From: Tubiluchus corallicola
Lineage: Eukaryota; Animalia; Priapulida
Reading direction: 5' to 3'
DNA: 64,000 nt
NCBI GenBank assembly: GCA_030141605.1
Contig: JAQGDQ010000725.1
Location: 1 to 64,000, forward strand
In this document: in pieces, positions 27,732 through 40,339 of the stretch
Numbering within the stretch: position 1 is the first letter of the stretch
Layout: every line of letters starts with the position of its first letter
Notes under the pieces: model-generated
Seen by the model: the letters and a program-made list of their open reading frames with translations, nothing else
Databases searched by the model: none
What the model was told of the DNA's origin: nothing
Made by a program: the position numbers and the translations under genes

Positions 27732-28378
27732 AGAAAGACAGCATGATTTTTCGTAAAGTACCACGTTCACAAGTCCGATAAAAAGTATACATTTTAACAC
27801 TTAATACTACTGCAAAAGCATTTCTGATAATTAAATAATAGATTAAAAAATTAATGGCAGGCGAGCCCAATTATTGATGGCATCACAAACAAACATAATT
27901 TTCAACAACAAAAACATTCCACGTGCGTGTTGCACGTGTTTGCGAAAGTGAAGTGCTGTGATACTCTAAGATATTCAGTGTGTTGTACTAAAACGCCTTC
28001 CTGTATTTCGGAAACGCATTACACAAAAAATAACTGCTAGACCTCTCAATTCAGATGTGTTAGTTTATGACGTACGGCACACATTCGACAACTCATGCGT
28101 GACCACAGCGGTAAACTTAAAATTTTAATTTCTATGTTGAAACTTGCCTATTTTCAGCAGTTGCTGTGCAATGCGTTTCCAAAATAAAGGCGCTGGTGCC
28201 CGTCTAACATGCGAATGGTGAAATGCACGTAACAGGGAAGAACTAGTGACGCGAATTGTGTTTGTTTGGTAATAATTCTTTGGCGTAAGTCATTTTTGAA
28301 AAAATTGTATGTTTTCTTTCAATATCTTAAAGAGTAGATTGTATTGAACTACAGTTTAAGATTGGGTCCGGTTTTGCT
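27732..28378 (+). mobile_element. Kolobok-like family A copy with an internal inversion
   Basis: TTAA flanks; ends homologous to 15205-15820; 27994-28154 is reverse-complemented relative to other copies. Confidence 0.8.
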
Positions 28379-28619
28379 TTAAAACAAAAGAGTGAAGCAA
28401 ACTTGAAAAAAATTAATATCTTTTTAATAAATAAGGTTTTCGTTAGAAATTTTTTTTTGAGCAACTGAAAAAGAAATGGTCTTAATCCTAATGTAACAAA
28501 ACCAGTTAGAAAAGCTTTCAAAAATTTGCACTACAGAAGATGTTTAAATCCAAATATTTTTCTTAGATGATGATTAATATGAACTGTGGCATTTTCATTT
28601 TCAAGAAATATTATTCTAG

Positions 28620-29200
28620 CGAAAGGGGGGGTGGGGTAAAAAGGGTACCCAAAGTAGGTTTAAGAAAAATCGCTTTAAAAATTATGTTGCTTTATAGCAA
28701 TTTTGTGCGTATATCGTACTCGCGTTGAAATAATTTTTTGTCTGTTTTAGTTTTAAATTTTTGCTATGTACACAAGCAAACTTAACCGCTAAGAAAACAT
28801 GGATAAATATAGAAACCATGGAAATCTTGTGAAAAAATTTGTTTTAACGGCCAAGAAAATGGGTACCTGAAGTAGATTTCAGAAAAACGTCTTAAAAAAT
28901 TATATTACTTTATAGCATTTTATGCGTACATCGCATTTTAAATCTCCCGCAATACTGTTCCGACGGCGCCATTACATGACGTCATGTACGTACAACGTAA
29001 ATCAGGGGAAGAAAAGACAATGTTAAATTATGTCCCAAAGAACTTTCCGTGCAAAGTTATGTTACTTATCATTTCGATTACATGCTTGAAAGACATATGT
29101 AACTAGAAAAGAAAATTATCAATTATTTAAAGTCTTTTCACCAGTTGGTAAAATGTCGATGACTCACCTCCAGGGTGCACCACACACTAACCAAAAAACG
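28620..29200 (-). mobile_element. Interspersed repeat family C (unclassified; termini not defined)
   Basis: Reverse complement of 40620-41540 minus the piggyBac insert; further fragment at 53300-53650. Confidence 0.75.
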
Positions 29201-29449
29201 CATTTTTAATCTTATTGACAAGATACAGTAATTTAAAATCTTACTGAGTTAGTGACGTGTGCGCTACGAATGCTCTGATTATGATTTCAAACTTCACTCA
29301 ACTTTATCGAAACTTGTTTCAAATGACCTGTCGCCAAAATGGCTACGCCTAACGGTCATCTCGGGAGATTAAATTTACGTGTTTTATACAGCGTTACTGC
29401 CGACGCAAGCTCTGTTTGCAAAAAGGCAATATGTAAGTGGCATAACATG

Positions 29450-29920
29450 TCAAAACGAATTTTAATCTTTATGTAAATCGGACAATATTGGAGCATCATC
29501 GGAGAAGCTTCACAAGAATGCGTCTTCAGTCACATAGGCTGGGGATAGAAACGGGTAGATGGGCGAGACAGCCAAGGAAAATTAGGTTATGTCCTTGTGG
29601 GGACATTCAAACTGACAAACACGTTATACAGGCACGCCCCCTAACATCAAATATTAGAAACTGCTACGACAATGTAAACTTTGCTGATTTAACTCACTTC
29701 TTTGAGCACACTAATTGTCATATAGTATCTTATGAAACTGTTATGCAACTTTTATGCTAATGTACCTTGTATGCATAACACTGTTTTTAATGCTATAACC
29801 TTGAGTAGGAAATGTACGTAAAGTGACATTTGGACTAAAATCACTAATGTATCGATTGTGACATTTACCTCGTTCCTCGTGTATACATGTAACTTGTTTT
29901 AGTCAATAAACTACATACAT
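29450..29920 (+). mobile_element. LINE 3' end with C-terminal zinc-knuckle region (RTEX-like)
   Basis: FTRMRLQSHRLGIETGRW.R.PR..RLC.CG.IQT..HV motif; AATAAA plus (TACA)n tail at ~29905-29920. Confidence 0.85.
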
Positions 29921-30248
29921 AAATGGAGAGCTTCTTGTGCTTTAAGCGGCTGTAACGCTATTTTATGAAATAGAATTCTAGTGGTGAATGCAGTAACGAT
30001 GCACTAATGCTAAAGACTTCGTAGTAATGCCAAAAACAATAATGGCGCTTACTGCTCATCAACTGGTGTTGTTGATGCGCATAAATCAAGGGTCTCGGCT
30101 CAAGAGAACATCTCTGAAACCTCTTGGGCAGAGACGGCATATGCATGGCAATAAATTACAAGAGCTGTAATGGATTCTTAATGCAAGGACTTGGACTTGG
30201 ACCTACTTATAGGAATCCCAGAATGCACCTGCTGTGTGCGATACTTAA

Positions 30249-30965
30249 TGTAAAAAAGACGATTTTTCATGCCCTGTCCCGTTTTGAAGTACGGTAAAAT
30301 GTACACATTTAAGATATATAACAATGCCTAAGCATTTCTGATAATTTAATAACAGGTTAAAAAGTTAATTAGTTGTGGGCGAACCGGACGTCACAAACGA
30401 ACACAATTTTCAAGAGCACAAACTATTCCATGAACGCTTTGAAACCGCTTGCCAGAGCGAAAATTGAAGCACAGCGCTACTGTACAAATACCAGTGTAAT
30501 ATACAAAAACTCGGCAAGTTTTAAGATAAAAATTTAAAATTTCTAATTTACCGCTATGCTCACGCATGAGCCGTCGAACGTTTGTATTACGTCATAAACG
30601 CAGAGCTCTGAACTGAAAGGTACAGCACCTGTTTTCATGTAATGCGTTTCCGAAATGCAGGTGCTAGTGCCTGTCTAACTAGCGAATGGTGAAATGCATG
30701 TAACAGCTAAGAACTAGCCACGGGAACACGAAATGACTTTTGTGTGGTAATAATTCTTTCACGTAAGTCATTCTTATATATATATATAATAATCTTTATT
30801 CGCCATTAAAATACATTGGTAATCACTGATAAAAACTTTACAGAGATGATCAATCAGTGTTAGTTAATAAAAACTTACACGGCTAAAGAACTAGTATGTT
30901 TCCTTCCAATATTTTAAAGAGTAGATTATTTTGACCTACAATTTAGGATTTGGTCCGGGTTTCCT
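30249..30965 (+). mobile_element. Kolobok-like family A copy with a small insert at ~30775-30890
   Basis: Colinear with 15205-15820; ends ggtccgggtttcct|ttac. Confidence 0.75.
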
Positions 30966-30985
30966 TTACGCCTACATCACGAGTA

Positions 30986-31090
30986 CAGGACCGGCTCTAC
31001 CATTAGGCAAACTAGGCAGTTGCCTAAGGCGCCAAGTTTTGGAAGTAGTTCTTTAATTTTAAGGATCAGCATAAGTAATAACCCATATGT
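30986..31090. mobile_element. End fragment of the CAGG-ended MITE family of 16083-16792
   Basis: caggaccggctctaccattaggcaaactaggcagttgcctaaggcgcc matches the reverse complement of 16365-16792. Confidence 0.65.
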
Positions 31091-31597
31091 ATAATTTTCC
31101 AGTGCTTTAAAAGAAGTAAACTGCTTGAACTATTTTATTGTTAAAATGTATGATAAGTATGTTTAAGTTTAGTATAAGTAATAACATATTCTTCAGTGAA
31201 CAACACTTTAAATGAAATGAATTACTTGCGTTTTTTTCTGTCAAAATGTACGATTCACGTCAGTGTCTTCCGGTTCCGGTTCCGGGTCCGATACTTTCTA
31301 CTTTTGCTTTACCAGGCTTCCTAAGAATATGTCGTTTCATTTAGATATTATTGACGAGTTACGTTGATTTTACCCACAGTTTATATTGTACGCGTAGAAC
31401 TAAATGAATAAAAGAATATAAAAATGGTTCCTGGCTTTGGCTTTTATTTAATTATGACAGATGAACCTATGAGAATCGATGCCGTCAGACGAGAAATGAA
31501 TGGTAAAATGTTGGCGAACATTGAAAACAGCAAAAAGATTTGCTAATGAAGTGTTTGCAACCAGAGCAGAGTGACGGTTGTGAAGATGATGAAGCTA

Positions 31598-32069
31598 GTG
31601 AGATGTGTGTACGACTGTACGTGAAATGTGTGTACGACTGTACGTGACGTGAAATGTGCGTACGACAGTACGTGAAATGTGTGTACGACTGTACGTGAAA
31701 TGTGCGTATGACTGTACGTGAAATGTGTGTACGTCTGTACGTGAAATGTGCGTACGACTGTACGTGACGTGAAATGTGTGTACGACTGTACGTGAAATGT
31801 GCGTACGACTGTACGTGAAATGTGCGTACGACTGTACGTGAAATGTGTGTACGACAGTACGTGAAATGTGTACGACAGTACGCGAAATGTGTGTACGACT
31901 GTACGTGAAATGTGTGTACGACAGCACGCGAAATGTGTGTACGACTGTACGTGAAATGTTTGTACGACTGTACGCGAAATGTCGGGACGACAGTACGCGA
32001 AATGTGCGTACGACAGTACGCGAAATGTGTGTATGACTGCACGCGAAATGTGTGTATAACTGTACGTGA
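31598..32069. repeat. 23-bp minisatellite (gtgaaatgtgtgtacgactgtac), ~20 copies
   Basis: Direct observation. Confidence 0.95.
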
Positions 32070-32687
32070 AAAAGAGGAGTTTGGGTCTTGGATGAAAATT
32101 CTAAAGGCTGGGGGGGGGGTAATATAAAAGTTTGCAGCAGAAATTGCAGAAATTTTGATTGCCCCTAAAGACCCAGGTTGCACAATGAGGTCGTAAATCA
32201 ATTTCTACCTGCCTAACTACCTGCATGCCTATATATAACAACGTATTTAAATACTGATACTTGCGCATGCGTACTTAGCAACTACTTACACACTCACGTA
32301 ACAATATTTCTACCTAATTACCCATTTGCCTACTTCACCGAAAGAAACCCTAGAGCTCTAGCATCATTTATTTTCCCTAGAGTTACCTTTGCATTGTCCA
32401 GTGATAATCTCGACGCCCGCGACGTGCCAGTGAATGGGGAACAAGAATTCGGTTAGTCTGTTGGTCGGTTGGTACCGAATGTCGCCTGATCTCGACGACT
32501 CGGGATAATTACTTGAAACGAGGTATGAGGCCCACACACCTCCTATGGACGACCTTATCTACCTTAATCCATCTTTATACAACATACATGTGGGAAATTA
32601 ACAACAAGCCTTTCCGCACTTGAAGTGTGTTTATTAAATTCCGTTATAGGCAATTGTTAGAGGACATTGTAGAAGAAATAATGATTC

Positions 32688-32770
32688 TAGCAGTAGCAGT
32701 AGCAGTAGCAGCAGTAGTAGTAGTGGTGGTGGTCGTAGTAGTAGTAGTGGTGGTGGTGGTGGTGGTGGTG

Positions 32771-32864
<94 letters not shown>

Positions 32865-33038
32865 TAGTAGTAGCAGCAGCAACAGCAACAGCAGCAACAA
32901 CAGTAGTAGTAGTAGTAGCAGCAACACCAGCAGCAGCAGCAGCTGCAGTAGTAGTAGTAGTAGTAGTAGCTGCAGTAGTAGTAGTAGTAGTAGTAGCAGC
33001 AGCAGCAACGGGAGCAACAACAGCAGCACCAGTAGTAG

Positions 33039-33101
<63 letters not shown>

Positions 33102-33150
33102 TACTAGTAGTAGCTGCAGTACTAGTAGTAGTAGCAGCAGCAACAGCAAC

Positions 33151-33197
<47 letters not shown>

Positions 33198-33211
33198 TAG
33201 TAGTTAGTAGT
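32688..33211. repeat. Compound (TAG/CAG/TGG/TCG)n microsatellite
   Basis: Direct observation. Confidence 0.95.
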
Positions 33212-33894
33212 AAAACGTTTCACTTGACATATAAAATACCAATGCTAGTTAATAACAATAAACATAATTAAAAATTAGTCAGTGTCATTAAAATATCCAC
33301 TGTCAAAGTCAAATTAAATCGTCTACTGGAACTGTGTACGCGAAGTGTATTAATAGAGTTTGAGCTACATGTGTTCTGTGTTCTAATCTGTTTTATATTG
33401 TAAGTTCTTGAATTTTTTCGTGTTGGAAGAAATGGAAGTAAATTGCATTTCAAAAGAACATTAATAGTGCTAACGTCTCCCAAGGTAAGTCGTTCTCCGT
33501 GAACCTGAGCTCCGTGAACACTCATAAACCTACCGAGAGCTTCACCAACCCTCTCACATTAGATGTCTTCATCATTGGACAGGTAAAACTTCTGGCTTCG
33601 TACGAGGGAGCAAGAATCCTGATCGAGATGTAATTTGGACACAGACAGGACAATGCACTAGGCAGCCGTTGTGATTAATTGTAATTATGGAATAAATTGT
33701 AAGAGCTTGTAGTGTAGAACTATGCCACCATTTTCACGCTCGAAGAGCCTTAAGTAAGTTGACTGATAAGGCAAAAACGGCCTTCCTGGACAGGACACTT
33801 CCAGCAGGCATTTTTCTTGGAGGAAAAATAGTTTGAAAAACAGTAGCAATCGAGAACAATGCCCTAGACACATGTTTGATAATCTCTGCATTGC

Positions 33895-34313
33895 AAGTTG
33901 GTTTCCCTTTACTCCGATAAGTTGGCTTCCCTTTACTCCGACAAGTTGGCTTCCATTTACTCCGATAAGTGGCTTCCCTTTACTCCGATAAGTTGGCTTC
34001 CCTTTATTCCGATAAGTTGGCTTCCCTTTACTCCGATAAGTTGGCTTCCCTTTACTCCGATAAGTTGGCTTCCATTTACTCCGATAAGTTGGCTTCCCTT
34101 TACTCCGATAAGTTGGCTTCCCTTTACTCCGATAAGTTGGCTTCCATTTACTCCGATAAGTTGGCTTCCCTTTACTCCGATAAGTTGGCTTCCCTTTACT
34201 CTGATAAGTTGGCTTCCCTTTTCTCCGATAAGTTGGCTTCCCTTTACTCCGATAAGTTGGCTTCCCTTTACTCCGATAAGTTGGCTTCCATTTACTCCGA
34301 TAAGTTGGCTTCC
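33895..34313. repeat. 24-bp minisatellite (ccgataagttggcttccctttact), ~17 copies
   Basis: Direct observation; 8-aa periodicity in ORFs. Confidence 0.97.
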
Positions 34314-34504
34314 AGGTTGGCTGCAGGAGCTGGCGGAGTCAGTGAGCATGCTGCACTGGTCCGCCTTCGGGGCTCCACTCCTGATTTGGAAGGTTTACTC
34401 CTCTACACATGGCCGTTGGGTCACTTGACCACCTCCGCCTTCTAGCCGTTGGCTGCTTGTGCAACTCCTCCGCCTAGTGTCGAGATACAGTGTGGGCATC
34501 CCGC

Positions 34505-34613
34505 AAGCCTACAGCACCTGGTATTTCTAGGCAGTCATCCATCCAAGTACTAACCGAGCTCTACATTGCTTAATTTCGGTGATCATTCGGTGAACCGTGA
34601 TTTGGCCGTAGTC
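34505..34613 (-). pseudogene. 5S rRNA pseudogene (or head of a 5S-derived SINE3)
   Basis: aagcctacagcacctggtatttctaggcagtcatccatccaagtactaacc...tgcttaatttcggtgatc...tggccgtagtc is the reverse complement of eukaryotic 5S rRNA with substitutions in boxes A and C, a short internal deletion and no oligo-T terminator. Confidence 0.9.
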
Positions 34614-35286
34614 CGTCCAGAGCCCTCTGGAACTAATGGCTACAATACAACGAGAGCCAGTTTCTGACATCACTACAGCAATGTAGTTAGGATTAACTAA
34701 CATGCACTCCTGTAAGCACAGAAAATAAGATTAACCTTAATTATGTAAACAAATAAAACGATAATACATGAAATTAAAGCTTTCCAAACCCCATCGGTTT
34801 AATTTCAAGTAAATTTGTGCTAAATTTCGTGTGATATCAAACCGGATGACACAATGCCTTCTATCAAGTACGAAAGTAAATAAATGAAAATTGAATGTAA
34901 ACTGAGCAAAAATTCATTCTGTACGTTAATTACCGATGTTTCTTTTTCCTAAACAAAATCCGTACGGGCTAATCAATACCATACAGTAAAATTTTAGGTA
35001 AAATTTAATTAAATTAAAAGTAAGTTTTAAATACGCGAGTTTTTTGTGGTTACTATTGCAACTGAAACAGTTCAGTTTAGTTTAGTTCAGTTTAGTTTAT
35101 TTGTCTCATCCCATATGCATACATACTATTTAATTACATACATTTCATTATAATTGCATTAAGGCGTGGTGGTGAAAGACCATATTGATCATCTTGCAGC
35201 TGCCTCTATTTATAAAACATTACTATCGTATTTAGTTAACTTAGTAGCGCTATCAGCAGGTTGTGAGAGACTTGCGTTATACAGAT

Positions 35287-35572
35287 ATTATATATAATAT
35301 ATAATATATTATATAATAAAGTCATGTTAGTAGTTAAAAATCAATATATTTTTTACTTTAATAACATCTTACTTTTGTTAGCATCTAATATATCTATATG
35401 CGTACGATACGTGAATGATACGTGATACTTACGTTATACAGACATCATATATCATATAAAATATATATATTATATAATATATTATATAATAAAGTCATGT
35501 TAGTAATTAAAAATCAATATATTTTTGACTTTAATAACATCTTACTTTTGTTACTATCTCATATATCTATAT
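35287..35572. repeat. Local AT-rich direct duplication (~110 bp x2)
   Basis: tataataaagtcatgttagta.ttaaaaatcaatatattttt.actttaataacatcttacttttgtta occurs at ~35312 and ~35485. Confidence 0.85.
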
Positions 35573-36379
35573 GAGATATTTTATTAGTATAAATCTTTAC
35601 TTTGATCACATAAACATATACATATACACATGCGCCCTCTATTTGCAGGGCTATAACAGTTAATAGTATTTACATTTCATATTTAACAACTTACAATAGC
35701 TATGCTAGCATTGTATTATCATTACCATCCTAACTGACATTCGTAACAATGTTCTAAAATTAATTAATCTTGTTAGGTTAGTGACAAAATAAAGTTATCT
35801 TACGAAATATTAGCAAAGTTAATTAAAATCAGATTATCACGACAAGTTAACAGATAATTGACATCTTGGTGCTGTAAAACGCGTAGAAAGTTTTCTATTT
35901 TAATGCGACTTACGAATTTACATTGAACAACAGATGATGTGGGGGATTGCCTACTCTCTTTGTTTAACAAAGTTTCACTTACACACTGAGTTGCCCAGCT
36001 AACACCACGTTGGTTCCGCTTCCGGTTAAAGTTGAGGAGCCTCCAACAGTGATATCCCTTTACACATTGTATTGTTGTCTATTTCCTGAGTTGTTCCTGA
36101 TCTGATCTTCAACCCGATGTCATACCCGATCGCCCGTTACCGGAAGCCGTGGCCCTCTCGCGAATTCTAAATACGCCTACTACACCCACCGCAGAACGGG
36201 CTATCTATCCGTGGCTGGCACCGCCACCCGGCCCGTTCTTCAGAAATAAGAGGTATAAGCTTTGCAGAATATGGCCGTTTTTGAGGTTTTCGCTCCCCCT
36301 CCCCCGTTCGTCCCTGTGGGCCCAATTTCAAAAATAATCCCCTCCCCAATGAGACGACACCAAATCAAGACCTTTCAAC

Positions 36380-36526
<147 letters not shown>

Positions 36527-36849
36527 CGAGCGAAATTAATATTTAGAATTTACAACTCCTGTACAATAGAGCAAAAGGTTATAGCATAGCAGAAGATCAG
36601 ATTCTAGCATTACATGCAAGCATGTAACTATATTTACCTTTTCAACTTTTTCTCCAATCCACTGCTTGATATGTATGCTATAGTTTTTCAAATGCTGATA
36701 AATAAATTCAATATTGTGCTAAAATAAACGTTAATGTTTCATTTTTACAAAAAAGAACAATTTTGTTACTGTATTATGATTAAAATTTCACTAATTTCAG
36801 TGAACTGTTTTATTTCCATTCGTTTTGTACAAATGTGAAAAATATGCTA

Positions 36850-37516
36850 TTATTATTATTAGGGGGGCAGTGGTGTCGGGGAGATTGTATAGGATGGAGA
36901 AATCCCACCCCCCGACACTTTGCTGAGGCCTTCAACAGGCCCATTGCAATTATTCACTGCTATACGTCTATTGGTCGTACTCGGCAAGCCTTCCAGCTTG
37001 CTTCAGATACGCCGCTAGTTTTTTCAGGTTTAAATTCTCTACAACTGCTCTAAGTGTTGTATTTTTATTTCCCAGACATTTGATACGAGCACCCTGGTAG
37101 GCGGTGCATCGTCCCACGTGATGGTCCGGTGTTTCGTCTTCCTGACCACATTTCGGGCAAATCGCGGATTGTGCTCGACAAGTGTTTTTTTTATGTTTTT
37201 GGAGATTACAGTGTCCGGTTAGGACCTGTATAACCATGTTGAGTTGAGTTCTACTGAGACTCAGGAGCCTATTGCAGACTCGGGCCGAGGCCCAGCCCAC
37301 ATGTTCCTTTGTTCTCTTGCAGTCCTCACGATTATTCCACGACGTTTCCCATCGTTTTAGACTCCATCCCTTAATCGCGTAGACACAGCTAGCGTAAGGG
37401 ACGAGATAGGGTTCTGGTCCCTCCGGAGAGAGCTCAGATCCCTTTTTAGCAAGTTTGTCCGCCTCTTCGTTACCATGTACTCCTTCGTGTCCAGGAATCC
37501 ATGTAACCTGGATCCA
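36850..37516 (-). mobile_element. 5'-truncated I-group LINE (R1/LOA-like): RNase H C-terminus plus CCHC knuckle
   Basis: WIPGHEGVHGNEEADKLAK (RNase H), LTGHC.L..H, CPKC....ETPDH....C; (TAA)n tail; perfect 14-bp TSD TGAAAAATATGCTA (36836-36849, 37517-37530); frame intact, so probably young. Confidence 0.93.
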
Positions 37517-37604
37517 TGAAAAATATGCTAACAACGGCCTTATTTTCAGGTGAAGCTCTGGCCTCAAATGCTGAAAGATTTGTAATATGATTACATTTGA
37601 AATT

Positions 37605-38108
37605 TGAATTTTTATCTTAAACTGTAGGTCGAAACAATCTACTATTTAAAGTATTGAAAGGAAACCACTATTTTTTCAATTGCGTGATATACTCTTTAAA
37701 ACGTGAACAAAAATGATCTACTCTTTAAAATAACTATTTTTTAAATGTTAGTTTGTGACGAACTGCACACATTCAATAGCTCATGCGTGAGCACAGGTAA
37801 ATTTGAAATTGGAATTTTTATCTTAAAACTTGCCTAGTTTTAGTACAGCACACTGAAAATCTTACAGTAACACTGTACTTCATTTTTCACTTTCGCAAAC
37901 ACGTTCAACACGCCCGTGGAAAATTTCTGCTGTTGAAAGTTATGCTAGTTTGTGATGTCATTAGTAATTGGGCTCGCCCGCCGTTAACTAAAATTTCAGT
38001 CTATTATTTAATTATCAGAAGTATTTTTGCAGTATTAATTGGGTTAAAATATATGCTTTTTATGGGACTTGAAAATGGAGTAGTATATGGAAAATCATCC
38101 TGTTTTTT
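37605..38108 (-). mobile_element. Kolobok-like family A copy (reverse orientation, partly deleted)
   Basis: Reverse complement of 15205-15800 segments; ends gaaaatcatcctgtttttt|ttaa. Confidence 0.75.
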
Positions 38109-38561
38109 TTAATAAGGGTATTTGCAATGTCAAATTGCTTACGAAAATGTGAAATTGTTACAATTGAATACGAGCCAATCAAAGTATGATATCTACAGAA
38201 AGAGAAATGCAGTAAGTTTATGAACAACTTAGATATGCGGAATAGATATTTAATTTCTGTTAACATTTTAGAACTTTTAATCTTTTAGCTCTTTACAAAA
38301 AGGGGAAAGCCAATTATTGGGCGACTGAAAACCCTGGCGTTTTAAAGTTCAAATTTGCATTCCGCCAGGTGCAAATATATGATTAGAATAAAGTTTATTA
38401 ATATCGAAATTCTGAGTAGTGATGCCGTTTACGGAAAAGAAGAATGGTAAATTTAAAATATGAGCTTAGCTATATTAACGTTACACGAACATTTAACAAG
38501 TGATATTTACAATGGTTATAAGGAAAAAAACGATTACATGATAATGGCGATGCGAATAAAT

Positions 38562-39515
38562 GCAGCTAAATGCTACGTTTTAAGCAGAGAAAAAATAGAG
38601 CTACATTCTACGTTTTAAGCAGAGAAGAAATAGAGCTAAATGCTACGTGCGTTTTAAGCAGAGAAAAAATAGAGCTAAATGCTACGTTTTAGGTAGAGAA
38701 AAAACAGAGCTAAATGATACGTTTTAGGTAGAGAAAAAATAGAGCTAAATGCTACGTTTTAGGTAGAAAAAAAATAGAGCTAAACGCTACGTTTTAGGTA
38801 GAGAAAAAACAGAGCTAAATGATACGTTTTAGGCAGAGAAAAAATACAGCTAAATGATACGTTTTAGGCAGAGAAAAAATAGAGCTAAATGCTACGTTTT
38901 AGGTAGAAAAAAAATAGAGCTAAATGCTACGTTTTAGGTAGAAAAAAATAGAGCTAAATGCTACGTTTTAGGTAGAGAAAAAACAGAGCTAAATGATACG
39001 TTTTAGGTAGAGAAAAAATAGAGCTAAATGCTACGTTTTAGGTAGAAAAAAATAGAGCTAAACGCTACGTTTTAGGTAGAGAAAAAACAGAGCTAAATGA
39101 TACGTTTTAGGCAGAGAAAAAATACAGCTAAATGATACGTTTTAGGCAGAGAAAAAATAGAGCTAAATGCTACGTTTTAGGTAGAGAAAAAATAGAGCTA
39201 AATGCTACGTTTTAGGTAGAAAAAAATAGAGCTAAATGCTACGTTTTAGGTAGAGAAAAAACAGAGCTAAATGCTAGGTTTTAGGTAGAGAAAAAATAGA
39301 GCTAAATGCTACGTTTTAGGTAGAGAAAAAATAGAGCTAAATGCTACGTCTTAAGCAGAGAAAAAATAGAGCTAAATGCTACGTTTTAGACAGAGAAAAA
39401 ATAGAGCTAAATGCTACGTTTTAGGCAGAGATAAAATAGAGCTAAATGCTACGTTTTAGACAGAGAAAAAATAGAGCTAAATGCTACGTTTTAAGTAGAG
39501 AAAAAATAGAGCTAA
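38562..39515. repeat. 35-bp minisatellite (agagctaaatgctacgttttaggtagagaaaaaat), ~27 copies
   Basis: Direct observation. Confidence 0.97.
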
Positions 39516-40339
39516 AGTCTATGTATGAGCCATTAGCTAGATTAAGTTAGCGACTACATCAAAATGAGCATGAGTGAAACAATTTACATAAACACTACAA
39601 AACACAAATGTAATGACTACATACCGAGAATTGTTTACGGATTATCCTCGATAATGAGGAGGTGGAGTGCCGTAATCGGATGGTATGTCACCCCAAGCTA
39701 GCTAGAAAAACTTTGGCAAGATTACAACTATATACACCTGTGAAGGAAGCCTATATTCTAGTGATTTAACGGCTAATTGGGAATGAATCCAAAACTAGTT
39801 TACATAGAGGTAAATGTATACTATGAAACAGGTTTGCAAGGGCGGATCCATGCAAACATGAATGAACACTTTTACTCTAGAAGCGCCATACTGGCGTAGT
39901 TCATGCCTGGCACACACGATGTCGTATATTGTAATCGTTTTTAATCACTTTTTTAGATTTTTCTAAGCTTCTCTAGGCGTTTGTGGGAACATTGCATTAG
40001 CACGGACGTGTTTATCTTAAACAATATTAATATAACTCTTTTTTTTTCTAATTACTCATTAATCATTTTAATAAATTAGACTGATTATTATTTGCAAATT
40101 TTGTCCTGTATTTTTATAGAAAATTTCAAACTCGTAATTATATAAAATAATTGATATATTAGAATTAGATATGGCATATTAAATAGAATTGATGTAAATA
40201 AATACATATTTTCATGTATTACATGTATTATAATGTGTAAGTATTGCATTGTTGATTTATTAATCATTTGTTTATTTAAATCAGTTTTAAGTAATTTTTG
40301 GCTTCGTATTAACATTATTTTAAGCACAAGAAAACACTC

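Noticed and set aside
31485-34445. Repeat ORFs over the 23-bp and 24-bp arrays (HISRTVV, SDKLASLY, PISWLPFT)
   Set aside because: Open in several frames and strands simply from unit composition; no supporting splice structure.
34505-34613. Functional 5S rRNA gene
   Set aside because: Internal deletion, altered box A and C, no oligo-T terminator, not in a tandem array.
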